Positions 13,101-24,600 of a DNA stretch of 64,000 nucleotides are shown in pieces. The translations under genes and the position numbers were made by a program. The first letter of the stretch is position 1; each line of letters begins with the position of its first letter. The notes under the pieces were generated by a model. That model ran no database searches. It was not told the origin of the DNA and was given only the letters and a program-made list of their open reading frames with translations. The stretch comes from Phoronis australis (lineage: Eukaryota > Animalia > Phoronida), in assembly GCA_002633005.1 (NCBI GenBank), contig NMRA01000165.1:439541-503540 (forward strand), given 5' to 3'.

Positions 13101-14673
13101 GTTTGGGGAAAATGCTGGCTTGGTACTTCAGTCCTCAGTATCTAAGCAGAGCCTGATTTTACCATCAGTAAACATAGTTCACTTTACTATGAGGCAGTTA
13201 ACACTACCATATTCGCCATAATAAGGTGCCCAGGCGCTTAGTAAAATTCGTTTCAGGGGGAGGCGCTTATTATAACCCAAGGCCGTTGAAACCCGGACTC
13301 CAAAACGGGTGAAATCGGAAGCTAGGATTCATCAAATTTACACAATGTGATGTACCTGTAGCCTATGACATACTTTCTACAACACTGTGGTGCATTGCTA
13401 TTAAACTTTTGTTTTTAAATTACGATCATTTTACAGAAAAATGTAGTCAGTGAAATTCTAGGGTGAAAACTTGCCAATGTGCCACGCCTTGCGATCGTCA
13501 ACAGGGCAGCTTGAATAAAAATATAATTTCGACTCAACAAATTACCTTCAGGATATCCTCACTTAAGTTTTCCAAATAGCGTCCCTAAGATTCTAAGTTC
13601 CTGTCGTCATTTGCTTTTGTTTACGAGTCAGTCAACATGCCACACTGTTGCTGCGTACCAGGGTGTAGTCACTATGGCCCAAAGCCTTTAAGCAACCTGC
13701 TGCGATGTTGAGTAGTGGGAATGAATACAGGCCCAGTGAAGAGTACAGTTCGTCGTTCCATTAACATATCGGTGACCCAAACTTTGATAAGTTTATTGTG
13801 GACTTAGAAAGTATTGGAGCTATTTAGAAGGTGTCAGGTGTGTGGCGAGGGAGTCACATGGCGGGGTGTAAGTGGTTTGTGTGCTCAGGTCACTATTCAG
13901 TGGGAGTGTGTCGCGGGACACTAGGGCAAGTGGGACAGTTGTTCCTCTGTCCGTGAGACAACAATGAGTACGTCCCGTAACAGTGTGGCATATTAACTGA
14001 TTCGTAAACAAAAGCAAACAACGACTGAACTTATCACAACTGAGATAGAACAATGACTGACTCGGCAGCTCTCACAGTCAGACTATTTTAAAAGAAATTG
14101 GCGCGAAATTCTTGCCTCCCAAAACGTCACTTCCGGAGTAGGGAAGGAATAATCAGAGGCAGATTCAGCATTTTGAGTTAGGGGGGGCCAGGACATAGTA
14201 TTAGCCAAGATTTTTCCCGTCAGACATTCGCAACCCCAAACTGCCAAATGTAATCNGGCAAATTATTCATCATAAAAAGTTCTTTAAAATGATGTATTAC
14301 ATGTCTATTTACGTTTCTTAGTTTTGAAATAATAATATTTTGAACTCGCAGATTCGATTTGACAGAATTTTTACCAAAAATTTTGACACGAAAATGACAT
14401 TTTCTCCGGAACCATAAGTCCAATTTAAAAAATTTTACTATCGTTATTTTAGTCTCGAAAAGAGCTTTCTAATGATGTATATTACATGCACATTTTCTAA
14501 AATTTTTGAAAAATGCTGTCCTCCCTACCCCTAGGCCCTACGCAGCTAGCTGGTTGGCTAAAATGAAAGGCGAATGTCAGTCTTGTGGGACAGTGGATTC
14601 AGTCGAATATGACTAGAAATAATCGCTATAAATAATTCACCTGTTTCTGCACGTCTACGTCGCTCAACGCCAT
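1132..14673 (-). CDS. ATP6V1E1: V-type proton ATPase subunit E, complete 9-exon gene, 226 aa
   Basis: Exons read by hand, all GT-AG with compatible phases: 14641-14673, 10127-10192, 9209-9318, 8205-8271, 7512-7601, 6907-6975, 5401-5495, 3637-3724, 1132-1194 (681 nt). Translation [63 protein letters not shown]...[33 protein letters not shown] is recognisably V-ATPase E. Confidence 0.98.
1887..3165 (-). mobile_element. Non-autonomous Helentron-associated (HINE/DINE-1-like) element with internal tandem subunits of about 140 bp, copy 1
   Basis: Terminal hairpin ATGCGTCCACATAT..ATATGTGGGCGCAT next to an A run, (GGAC)n-like microsatellite near 3090-3117, subterminal repeat ATGCGC[T/C]CAC near the other end, AAACAAGAGCAATG terminus; homologous copies elsewhere in the window. 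Confidence 0.75.
3637..3724 (-). CDS. ATP6V1E1: V-ATPase E exon 8 ([29 protein letters not shown])
   Basis: 88 nt; cag acceptor, GTAAGT donor. Confidence 0.97.
3843..5094 (-). mobile_element. HINE-like element, copy 2
   Basis: Same termini (AAACAAGAGCAATGCGGAGCACTGAAATGCGCCCAC ... GTGGGCGCATTAAAA) and subunits as copy 1. Confidence 0.75.
5401..5495 (-). CDS. ATP6V1E1: V-ATPase E exon 7 ([31 protein letters not shown])
   Basis: 95 nt; cag acceptor, GTGAGT donor. Confidence 0.94.
5852..5951. repeat. Minisatellite of about 23 bp (CATCACATTCTAGTGACATTATG), about 4.5 copies
   Basis: Read directly from the sequence. Confidence 0.85.
6907..6975 (-). CDS. ATP6V1E1: V-ATPase E exon 6 ([23 protein letters not shown])
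   Basis: 69 nt; cag acceptor, GTAAAG donor. Confidence 0.96.
7512..7601 (-). CDS. ATP6V1E1: V-ATPase E exon 5 ([30 protein letters not shown])
   Basis: 90 nt; cag acceptor, GTATGT donor. Confidence 0.95.
7719..7766. repeat. Imperfect (GT)n microsatellite
   Basis: Read directly from the sequence. Confidence 0.9.
8205..8271 (-). CDS. ATP6V1E1: V-ATPase E exon 4 ([22 protein letters not shown])
   Basis: 67 nt; cag acceptor, GTATGG donor. Confidence 0.96.
9209..9318 (-). CDS. ATP6V1E1: V-ATPase E exon 3 ([13 protein letters not shown]...KQVELQKK)
   Basis: 110 nt; cag acceptor, GTATGT donor. Confidence 0.97.
10127..10192 (-). CDS. ATP6V1E1: V-ATPase E exon 2 ([22 protein letters not shown])
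   Basis: 66 nt; cag acceptor, GTGAGT donor. Confidence 0.97.
10275..11085. mobile_element. PIF/Harbinger (Tourist-like) MITE
   Basis: Inverted ends of about 30 bp, GGGCTGTTCCAGCAAAATCTGTATGGGAGGGG / CCCCTCCCACACGGATTTTACTGGAACAGCCC, flanked by TAA on both sides. Confidence 0.75.
11805..12406. mobile_element. Degenerate foldback MITE with inverted arms of about 240 bp
   Basis: GTGAAAAAGTTAA / TTAACTTTTTCAC, AGAAAGTAA / TTACTTTCT and GAGGTGAAATCCTCTTATT / AATAAGAGGTTTTCACCTC are placed symmetrically. Confidence 0.6.
13595..14155. mobile_element. Truncated copy of the Kolobok/THAP-derived element in ATP6V1E intron 1
   Basis: Colinear with about 30095-30655; encodes remnants [13 protein letters not shown] and [19 protein letters not shown]. 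Confidence 0.75.
14155..14255. mobile_element. MITE fragment cut by an assembly N at 14256
   Basis: Shares ATTTTGAGTT..GGGGGCC..GTCAGACATTCGCA..AACTGCCAAATG with 51973-52080. Confidence 0.5.
14641..14673 (-). CDS. ATP6V1E1: V-ATPase E exon 1 ([11 protein letters not shown])
   Basis: ATG at 14673-14671; donor GTGAAT. Confidence 0.96.
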
Positions 14674-15000
14674 CCTGACTGTTCACAGAGAAACAAGAAA
14701 ATCGCGAAAATTAACAAACCGACTTCAGCCTCTATCGATCATGTGACTTCTTGACAAAAGAGGTCACTGTAAATCATATAAAATGTATCATTCGAATCAA
14801 CTTGGCATAAAGATTTGAGTTTTGGCAACAAAGAGAGAGGTATCATTTAACTGACTCTTTAAATTTTGATTTTTTTTATTATTTTTTATGTTATTTTCTT
14901 GGTTCTTGCGTCAACTGCATATAATCGATTGTTGCTTTACTTTTCACTTCCGGACCGGCATTTTTGATTTTTGGAAGTCGCGAAACGTTACCAATCAGGT
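14674..15000. promoter_or_regulatory. Putative bidirectional promoter between ATP6V1E and the BCL2L13-like gene, with a candidate non-coding first exon of the latter ending at 14998
   Basis: M-box/CLEAR-like TCATGTGAC at 14739-14747, DRE-like TATCGAT near 14733, TCGCGA near 14702 and 14978, ETS motif ACTTCCGG at 14946-14953, donor-like CAG|GTATTT at 14998/14999. The BCL2L13-like ATG exon starts at an acceptor (21530/21531), so an upstream UTR exon is required. Confidence 0.6.
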
Positions 15001-15306
15001 ATTTCCACTATTGTCTCTATTTATTAAATTTTTGGCTATTTTCTCTGTCCTGATTCGTCATTAGTGATATTAGCAGTTGTACCTAGGTTTTATAATAAGC
15101 CACAGGCACACGAATCTTGTGCAGTTTAAACTTCTCTTCACAGCATTCTGAGACTGAGACATCCATGATCCAGTTGAGTTGAGTAGCCTACTATAGGAAA
15201 AAAACTTAAAGTCGTAATTAGTACGTAGAATACTAGAATTTTCTTACTTGAGCTGGCATTGTTGTGTCTGTCTGTCATGGTGTTACCATCGTTCTGTCCT
15301 GAACTG

Positions 15307-15847
15307 AAGCGTGTTCAACAGAGTGAGCGCCCGCTAGGCGCTAGCGACGCGTGTACTCGAGAACACTAGAACAGCTCCTGAACAGCTTTGAGCGCACACT
15401 GTGCGATCCAGTAAAGCGAATCTGAAGCAGATTGTGTTGAACGTCTTAGCGGATGAGCTTAACACTAACAGTCCTTTCTATGGCGTACTGAGCGATAAAT
15501 ATGATTAATCTTTGCCAATGTTAATATCGGCAGCCCAAGACAACAACCGTGAAGACTTTGGAATGACAAGAATCGAAAATTACGTCGAGGAAACTGCCGT
15601 CCTCGCTACAGTGACCCACAATTTAAGTGGCACTTTCAGATGAGTCAGTCAACTTTTGAGGTTAATTTTCGTGTTGCAGAACCATAATGGGTTCATATTT
15701 TGCAGACGTGAAGCCTTCGCAGGATGCCATCTTGGAAATCTAAGCGAACATGCTCTCGAGGTTGTTCGTGAGCGCTAATGTAAACACAGCTGTTCAGGAC
15801 GAGGGTGCTGAAATCGCTCACGGGCACTCACTCTATTGAACACGCTT
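15307..15847 (+). mobile_element. Harbinger-family deletion derivative
   Basis: Inverted ends AAGCGTGTTCAACAGAGTGAGCGCCCG / CGGGCACTCACTCTATTGAACACGCTT; 3-bp CTG duplication; interior near 15600-15662 translates PRYSDPQFKWHFQMSQSTFEV, like the Harbinger transposase N-terminal F..FRMS..TF motif. Confidence 0.75.
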
Positions 15848-15930
15848 CTGGTAGCATTTAATTTTTAGTCTGACGATGGGGCATCGAGGTCACGACACTC
15901 ATATGTGTGACTGTTGCCTATCGTTGGAAA

Positions 15931-16139
15931 CTTAATCCACCTTGTTTGTCCAGAGAACTTCTTAATCCACCTTGTTTGTCCAGAGAACTTCTTAATCCAC
16001 CTTGTTTGTCCAGAGAACTTCTTAATCCACCTTGTTTGTTCAGAGAACTTCTTAATCCACCTTGTTTGTCCAGAGAACTTCTTAATCCACCTTGTTTGTC
16101 CAGAGAACTTCTTAATCCACCTTGTTTGTCCAGAGAACT
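15931..16139. repeat. 30-bp minisatellite, 7 copies (CTTAATCCACCTTGTTTGTCCAGAGAACTT)
   Basis: Head-to-tail with one internal substitution; no spacers. Confidence 0.97.
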
Positions 16140-16591
16140 GCGCTCGTGCAGAGCTGCTTCTTTGACACCCTTCCTGTCTTCGACTTAATTTTTTATATTT
16201 TAACATTCTGAGTAATCAATTGTGAACTTTTAGAAGGAGTTTTCTTTCCAAGCTGTCCTTTTATGTTTAACTGAAGACATAGGTATGACTATGTCCTTGG
16301 ACCAAAATCTCATAGTGGGTTGTATGTAAATCAGCCTTCCCCAAGCGTTCAACTGTTTACCACATGCTTTATTGATTGGTTAACTCAGATATATCGTGGA
16401 TGTTCTGATGACGTAAGTTCATTTTTTAATTATGATTCACTATTTAGCAAATAGACACATTATCAGGGTCAAAATATGGTGCTCATTCAGTTGTTGGTCC
16501 GAGGTCAAAAAGGGAGTTCTCAAGTGTGGGTCCTGGTACCTATGTTATTATAAATGACGTCGTCTGTCTTCTATTCATTACATTACACGTC

Positions 16592-16689
16592 ATTGCAATC
16601 TGTATAGCTATGCTGATTGCAATCTGTATAGCTATGCTGATTGCAATCTGTATAGCTATGCTGATTGCAATCTGTATAGCTATGCTGAT
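16592..16689. repeat. 24-bp minisatellite, 4 copies (ATTGCAATCTGTATAGCTATGCTG)
   Basis: Read directly from the sequence. Confidence 0.95.
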
Positions 16690-19666
16690 GATAATAAATT
16701 ATTTTTAATAGAGAGCTCTTAGTAATTGTGACAAAATATGTCAAGTTTACTCTCTGATTTACACCAAACCATACGGCAATAAATACTGGAAAATTTAAGT
16801 CCATTATCATTTTCAAGAATGGCTAGAAATGATGTTGAAGTTCTTTTACTGATTAGTGATGTTATTGAATCAAAATTACACGTGAAATGAGTAGTGGGAG
16901 ATTAGTCACTTTTTAAATAACTTATGACATTTTGGACTTTTGTGACCTTTTAAATGCATGTATTCAAAGACAACACCCAAACTCAAATGGACTTTTTTGA
17001 ACATGTGTGTGGATTTTGAAATTCTTGTTGAGTTTGAAAATCTGTTGTGGAAAACACTGTGAAGGACTGTTCGAAAAAAAGTTTGATTACGAGAGTATTT
17101 TCTCATGTTGGTGTCCCTCAATTATGTGCTAAAGGTACTTATAGCAACATGATTTTGATGACTTAATCAGTTTTAGGCATAATTCACTGAAAATCTTCTG
17201 GTGTATTGAGGGCCTATGGAATGGCCACCATTTGTGCTGACAGTGCTACTGTTTGGATTCACCATGTGGACATTATCTCATTGTCAGAAGGCCTGAAGAC
17301 AGGTACATTGGGCTTTTCAGGCTTCGACATCTGCTAGACGCTGGCATCAAATTAGAATTATTCCTTGCTTTTGTATATTCAATCATTGTCCTCTTGTCTG
17401 GCACCTATATAATTTTCAGAAGAGCAGCATTTCAGAATTATAGCATAGTATCACATACAGAGCAACACAAACAATTGTGTCTAAATACAAAAGTATACAA
17501 ATTCCATGTGACTCATTTAATTGGCAAACAGTAAGAGTTACACAACTGTGGGGAGGGGATGAACTATCTCCACATACTTTCTCCAAACAAAAATGTCAGC
17601 CCAACATTTGTCCTTTACATAAGACAAGGACTATCAAGCAACACCAACAAACAACAGTTGATAGTGAGCATAAAAGTCTCAACATCTCACCAGTATAGTT
17701 ACCCTACAACTTACACAAATACCACTCCTGGCTTTGGCACAGGTTTTAAGAGATTAACTATCAATTCAGAGTTCTAGATTTCTGGGGCCACTCTGCGAAT
17801 CACAACCTTTATGACGTGGCCATTCTGACGTGGCGCATCACAATTATCAGAGTTACATTGCATGGCCATTATTCGCAGCATAATTTTCAAAGCCTACATT
17901 CCTTACTTGCAGCCATTCTGCTGATCGCATTTATCACAACCCTGGTAGGCCTGTGAATCACAATTGTAAGAGCCTACATAAGGTGTGCATTGTGAGCATC
18001 ACAATTATCAAAGCCTATCAGACATCTTAAAGTGTCTAACCCTTATCCTGTGACACCCACTGTTCACTGAGCTTGACGCCTCACCTAGAATGTCTAATAG
18101 TCTGCTGCCTAACACCTGACGGTATCATCTTGACTCTGCTTGGCCACGTTCATGACTCGACTGCTCCTGTTTCCTTGGAGACAGGTTATTTTTTGCCAAA
18201 GTTCCTCCACAAGAGCGTCGAACTTCCAATTTTTTGGAAATCATTCAGCAATCATTGCTCTGCTACCAGGGCTCGACGCTATGAAAATCGCCAGGTCACA
18301 TTTTGCCACCTAGCCAAAATACCAGGTCGCATTTTCAAGATTCAACTGGCATTCATAAATGCCAAGTCGCAAAGTTTTCGCGCCATTTTTACGCGCCAAA
18401 ACAGATTTCTAGATCGTAGAGAAAGTGCTTAGATTATGTATTTCCCAGCAGCGTTAAATACTCACAAATTTCAGGTAAAAAATTGAGTTCTTACATTCAA
18501 GTACTGCGTTACTGTTCTTCACAACCGACATTCAAAGGCTGTTGCCAACGCGTGAAAGTTGAATCAGTGCTTTCTAACTGACACGTGCATTCGAATAGCT
18601 AAGTTTGCAATGTGAAAAGGGAGATTATATTCGTTGAAGAAGTATCCGCGATTTTGCTAGGTCTGACCTGCTATATGATTGTCATCAATGCGTTAAAGAT
18701 CCAAACTAATTCTGAGTGCAAACTCCCTCCATTTTTTATTCGCAGCCTAAACTTTGCAACTTAACTCCATGTTTGAAAAACATCATGTCCAAAAAAACTT
18801 GTGAAACATTGCCCTAGCCCATGCGGATGCGCAGTTACAAATAGTGCAAATTTCACAACAGAAATGCTGGACTTGTGCTGTTTACGTACTCAACAATTAG
18901 TTTCCATGAAATGAAAGGCCTTGAAATAATTCCCGAATACGTGTGGGTTTCCATGGTAATTCAAGTTTGCTCCTCAATACCTTCCATGAACGGGAAAAAT
19001 AGTCACAAAACGATACACATGTCACTAGTCTAATCTTTCTTTTGGAGGTTTAAAAACAAAGCTGGGGTTTGTTTTTTTACATATTAAGAAAAGACATTTT
19101 CTTTGAAAACTGAATGTGTTGTGTAAAATGAGAGTGACTCATTCTATAGGTTGCGTGTCAATTTCAAACCATGTGCTGTAGTGTGCTGCGATAGTTGCTA
19201 GCCTGAACTGTTGGCTTTTAATTGGAATTCCCAAAAGTTAAGGGGGAGCACTTAGTAGTGAGCGCTTATTATGAAACACTTCAAAGGTAAGGAGTGTTTG
19301 CGGTAATATAAGATATTGAAAAACTGCAATAATACGAAATATTGTTACAATGCGATGTTGCGAGGCAAATTTCATCTAGTTTGGCAAGTTCATCGTCTTA
19401 GAATTAGTTGAAACACCGCTGTTTCGTCACTTGTTATGCCGTGGTCTGAAACTTTCTTCGGCACGTCCAGAAATTTGGAAAAGTAGCCATAAATGTTAGC
19501 CAATGAAACGTGCCAAAGATCGATTCTGCATTATCCCATGTTCACGCTACATGCTTACAAGTCATCAGGATGGCTGTTCCCAGTCGGTTAGTGTTCTTTT
19601 GAACTTGATTTGAAACCATCCAAATAACGGTCGGATTCACACTAGTTGCTTTACATTTGCCTGGTG

Positions 19667-21086
19667 TAGACCCTATTCACGCCGACAGGAGGCGCATTCC
19701 AAAACGAGGCTCGCTACGATAGCTCTGTTAGCTTATCGGCATAGTTCTGTGTTTCAGACCGTGTTGTTCCGCGAACGGCTAGAAAAAATACGGACACGCA
19801 AACTGTCTGCTTCACAATCTCTAAAGACGTTGAGATTCGGAAGCGTTGGGTCGTTGCTGCGACGAAGCAAAATATGTCTGTGTAAAATTTATAAATGTTT
19901 TCGAAAAGTTAGATCATATTTTGTCGCATGTCGGTCAGTTGTTAAGCATCATAGTAACGACCGGAGAATGGGCCAGCCAGGCTGTGTTTTCATGACTACG
20001 GATTTAGGGGGGGGGCATGGCCTCCCCTAAAATTGTATCAGATCCCATTTTTGAGTTCGGGTGCAAATTGCTGACTAGCACACGTGCGCAACGGGGGGTG
20101 AATAAACAACGCATAGGCGCTGAATGAACCCCGTTTACCGTTTTTTTTTTAGTCAACAGGTCCGCAAACCCAAGAATTCAAGACCCCTGCATCCCCAGAG
20201 TTTAGGCTGGGCGCGCTTATCTGCCGAAATGCTGCTTATTCCTGTGCCCTGTAGGCACTGGCACCGTTCCCCTCGGATGAAAGAGGCTCCTGCAGAAACA
20301 TTATAACTATGATTGCTGAGTTCACTGAAACTGAGTTCTAAAACGATTTTATGTTTTGGACGAACGAATTAGGTGTTTTAATTTTAAAATTCAACTTGGT
20401 CCAGATTGATATTTGAAATCTAACACATGAAATAGACGTAAGAATTATTACAACCAAGAAAGCATTGATGGTCAAATAATTTTTATTTTCAATTACGAGC
20501 CTGGTTTTTTATTTTAATAAAAATATACTTAATAACATCAATTATTCTTTCAGACCAATGGCAAATCAACTGTTAGTCCCAGTGAGTGCATAGGATCAGG
20601 CTATGCTTGATGTTAATATTCTTGATCAACAAATTAAACCAGATGTGACTAATTGCACATGACAGCAACCACTGTCGAATATGTCTTCAACTCGTCAACA
20701 ATACGGGCAGATGACCTGGTCCGCGTAGAAAGCATTTTGATCAACAATTTACAAGAAAAAACGTAACCCTGCATTCAGCATAATACTAATCCGTAACACT
20801 ACGATCGCCGCAATTTGGTCATATTTACTTTTCATGGTTCGAACCTAGTTTTCCAAAAAAAATTAAAGTTTTTACCCTTTCGTCAGACAACTCTTTGGCG
20901 CCTTAACTTGTTCTCTAATGTAATTTTCTACGTCTCTGTGGTTAATTGTCGACACATCATTAAAATTTAATATCCAGGTTGAACTCGAAAGACCGGCTAT
21001 TTAACTCACGCAATGTCTACTTATGCTTTGTTTATCGCAGTGAGCCTCGCTTTGGATCTTAATGGCCGCCGCGTGAATAGGGTCTA
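19667..21086. mobile_element. Non-autonomous terminal-inverted-repeat element of about 1.4 kb, superfamily uncertain (Academ- or ISL2EU-like ends)
   Basis: Perfect 16-bp inverted repeat TAGACCCTATTCACGC / GCGTGAATAGGGTCTA; CpG-richer interior; no clean target-site duplication. Confidence 0.6.
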
Positions 21087-21532
21087 TAGATCTGCCGAAA
21101 AGTGTAAAAACTCAGCTCGCATACATTAGAAATTCTAGTTTGTACTCTTGGCCTTTGACATACAAGTTGGATTTTGCCTTACTGGGATAAAATCGTGGTC
21201 TGGTTGGATCCGACTTTTTATGAAGTTATTGAATATTATAAGTGACAACAAACTCCAAGAATATTAATGTGTAGGTCTTTAAATAAAACACTTGTTTATT
21301 CGTTTTATTCAAATACGTTTTACTTCTTAAAATATCAAGCTGAGATTGTGCTTCTCAGTCCATTGTTTAAATTGTTGACTGATAACATTTATAAATTAAA
21401 AAGCTATCTTGGCAAAGGGTGCCTGGTGCATTGTGGGTAATACGTTATCCTTATCAGCCAGACAGTCACAATCAGCTGTGAATATTTGATAGGAGTGCCA
21501 GGTTTTTTCACAGTTCTTCACTTGCTACAGAG

Positions 21533-21662
21533 ATGGACACCAAACCCTCATCAAAGCTAAACAGACAGGATAGTTTGAAGTATGAAACCAAATACCTTGT
21601 TCTAAAGTTTCTCTACCAGCCACCATGTCCCACATTGTATCAGCCACAGGGCACGGATCAGG
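21533..21662 (+). CDS. BCL2L13: BCL2L13-like coding exon 1 (MDTKPSSKLNRQDSLKYETKYLVLKFLY..., BH4-like helix)
   Basis: tacag|AG ATG; YETKY motif; GTGAGT donor, phase 1. Confidence 0.92.
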
Positions 21663-24600
21663 GTGAGTTGACATTGTCCAGGTGCATTTGTTGAAACTGA
21701 AACCAAAGTACAAATTACTTGTTGGTAGTAGGACCAGGTAGCATCAACATTGTGGAAATGCGTTATATGGTAGCTACAGGAAAGTGAACGTAATTCATTT
21801 TTCCTTATTTACCTGACTGTTTGTTATGAAATCATTTGAGCACTGTGGACCCAATTAACTAAAATTAACATGTTAGAATTATACTTAGTAGCTAGGCCAG
21901 GATAAGCACTGTAACTTACTAAGCACTTCAAAAATTATTACCTGGCTTTGGGCCCATGCCCAGCCAATCTTAATTCTTCTCAATTCCTGGGTGCTACCAC
22001 TGTCGTATCTCATCGATTAATCTAAGCACATAAGTTAGTAAAAAATACAAACCCTGATTTGCCCCCTGGTTACCTCAATCAAAAACATACAAAGCCTGCC
22101 AAATTTTTGAAAATATGATTTGACTGCATTTCTATTCTTACTTGTGGGTCCAAATTGCGTAATTTTTTTGGCAAATACGTCGTCCAAATTCATGCTGAGA
22201 AACTTTATGTCAGAAACTGTATTTCAGGCGACAAATCCTAAAACAAAAGCAGAAACTGCTACACATTTCAAAATATTGCCAAATGTTTAGTGTTGATAGC
22301 TGTATAGAGCAGTTCATGACAGGGACATTGTGTAAATGATGTCATCTTTGAGTGTCCATGTGACTGTGGCTTGTTGACATTTTTTAGAAATATAAAGATA
22401 ATACTCGAGAATTGGCTCACAACATTTCAATAATTTTGTATTAGAAGTTGATGGATAATAACTTTTAATGCAATTTTCTTCCAAATAAAGCTTTAAAATA
22501 GCCAGTGTTTACCAGAATTCCTTATCTGAGCCTATGACCAATACCAGGACTTTGGTTATCTTTTTCCTAAGAAAGAGGCCAAAATTCGCTATGTTCCCCT
22601 ACAAATTTCTGTATCTGTTTTGACGATTTGGCCTCGACTTGGCTGTAATTTTCTGAGATTTAAGTGAAAACTGAAAAATAACTAGTGTACAGCACAATGT
22701 GCGTCTTTTACAGTTGATAGTGGTCAAGAGCGAAGTTTTGTTGGCCAGGATGACCTCCAAGTTGACGGTGGTGGACCAGACTATGATGAAACAGGTAAGA
22801 GAAAGATCCTTGGGCATTGCAATGGAAGGCACCTAGCTGGGTTTCATTTGGCCTACTTAAACATGCAAAGAACAAGGTGGTCTCAGCCTGGGATTCATTC
22901 TCCTTGTCTTTAAGGTTCTTTGCACAAATTTTGAGTTGTTATCTATGTTACAAAAACAAAATAAAGTAATGTCTGAGTGTGAGTACAACACAATGTCTGT
23001 CTATAGGGTGAAGATAGACATTTTTAGGTTTATTTTTAGTTAAAACGCAATTTTCTGGTTATCCTAGTTTGAATCCAAGTTTTAATTAATTATGCATAGG
23101 TCACCACGGCCCACGATATATCTTAAATTGAACCCAAGTAACCCACGGCCCAGGATATCCAGAAAATCATTTTTTAACTAATAATAACCCTAAAAATGTT
23201 TGCCTTTCCCTTTAAATTGGAACTCCGAAGTTAAGGTGCTGGGTTCTCTGCCACTAAGATGGACTTAGTTCCTGGTTTGAGAAACAGGCTATTTTCCACT
23301 AAGATGTAACTAGTTCCTGTTATGAGAAACAGGCTCTATGTCACTAAGATGGACCTACTTCCTGTTATGAGAAACAGGCTCTTTGCCATGAAGATGGACC
23401 TACTTCCTGTTGTAAAAAACGTTTTGTACTTCTGTCATAGCTTTTACGATAGTTTATGTGGATGCCAAGAGGGTTAGATACAGTTTTCTCTGTATCTGGT
23501 GTGTTGAAACGAACTTAAAATTCTGCTTATACTTTCTGTTTCAATATGAATATATGAGTGGGCAAATAGGTAAATCTCACTGTTGTGTTATTGTTAATGT
23601 TGTTGTTTATAATGTTACACATTAGTGTTATTTTCTGGGTTATTCTGTTTGCTTGTCTAATGAGTTGGGTTTTGTTATTAACCCTTTAATAAATGCGATA
23701 TAATTTTGTGGTTTATAATTTTCATCAAAAGTTATAATTGTTGGCAAGGACAGCTTTTTTACACCAGTTGAGCATAATTTAATGCCGTGCCCCTCAAATT
23801 TCTGGAACTCAATTTTATTATCTCATTTCCTTATCCTTTGAATTGTGATAAAATGCTTCCTTGTAAGGAACAAATTGAAACTGATTGATAATTTAACTGA
23901 ACATATATTCCATATTTTCTTGAAGACAGCAGGTCTAGGCATGAAGGAAGGCCAGGTTCTGCCTTTGTTTTACAATGTTTTGTTTTTTAATACCTAAGAT
24001 AAAAATTCAGTAATCATTTTCATATTATTAACTTCGACTCAATTTTTCCTGAAAGGTAACCACAATTTACCGAAAAAATGTAATTGATATTTCCAAAATC
24101 CTGCTTTTGAATTGAAGAAGTATGCACCACAAATAAATGCACAAATTTATACTGCCCAGTCACAACCCTTCATTAGTCTAGTACTTACATTTAGCTGTCA
24201 ACTCGTGGTGGGAAATTTCATTTGCCATAACGAAGAAGTACTTATCATTTTGACCTATGATTTTTATTGTATAGAGTGTGGCTAATTGTGGCTTAATAGA
24301 ACTTTATCATTAACAATGATCATGCGTTTCAAATGAACTGGGTCATGGTCCATCCTTTTTTACCCCCACCATCTCCTGATGCCAGCTAAAATGGGGCAGA
24401 ATCCTTTTTTATGCGCCCACATATTTATATTTGGACGCATTACGCTGTCATCTCAGTCCATCCGTCTGTCCGGTGTCCGGCGTCCGCTGCTCTATCTCCA
24501 AAACGCATTGACGTATGTTCATGAAATTTTGCACATGTGTTTTTTCCGCGGATGGCATGGCATGAGCGAATGTTCAGACGGATCTGATTGCCGATGTGCC

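Noticed and set aside
15931-16139. 30-bp repeats as a CRISPR array, and the three overlapping repetitive ORFs
   Set aside because: Units are contiguous with no spacers, the context is eukaryotic with no cas genes, and the ORFs result from a stop-free 30-bp unit.
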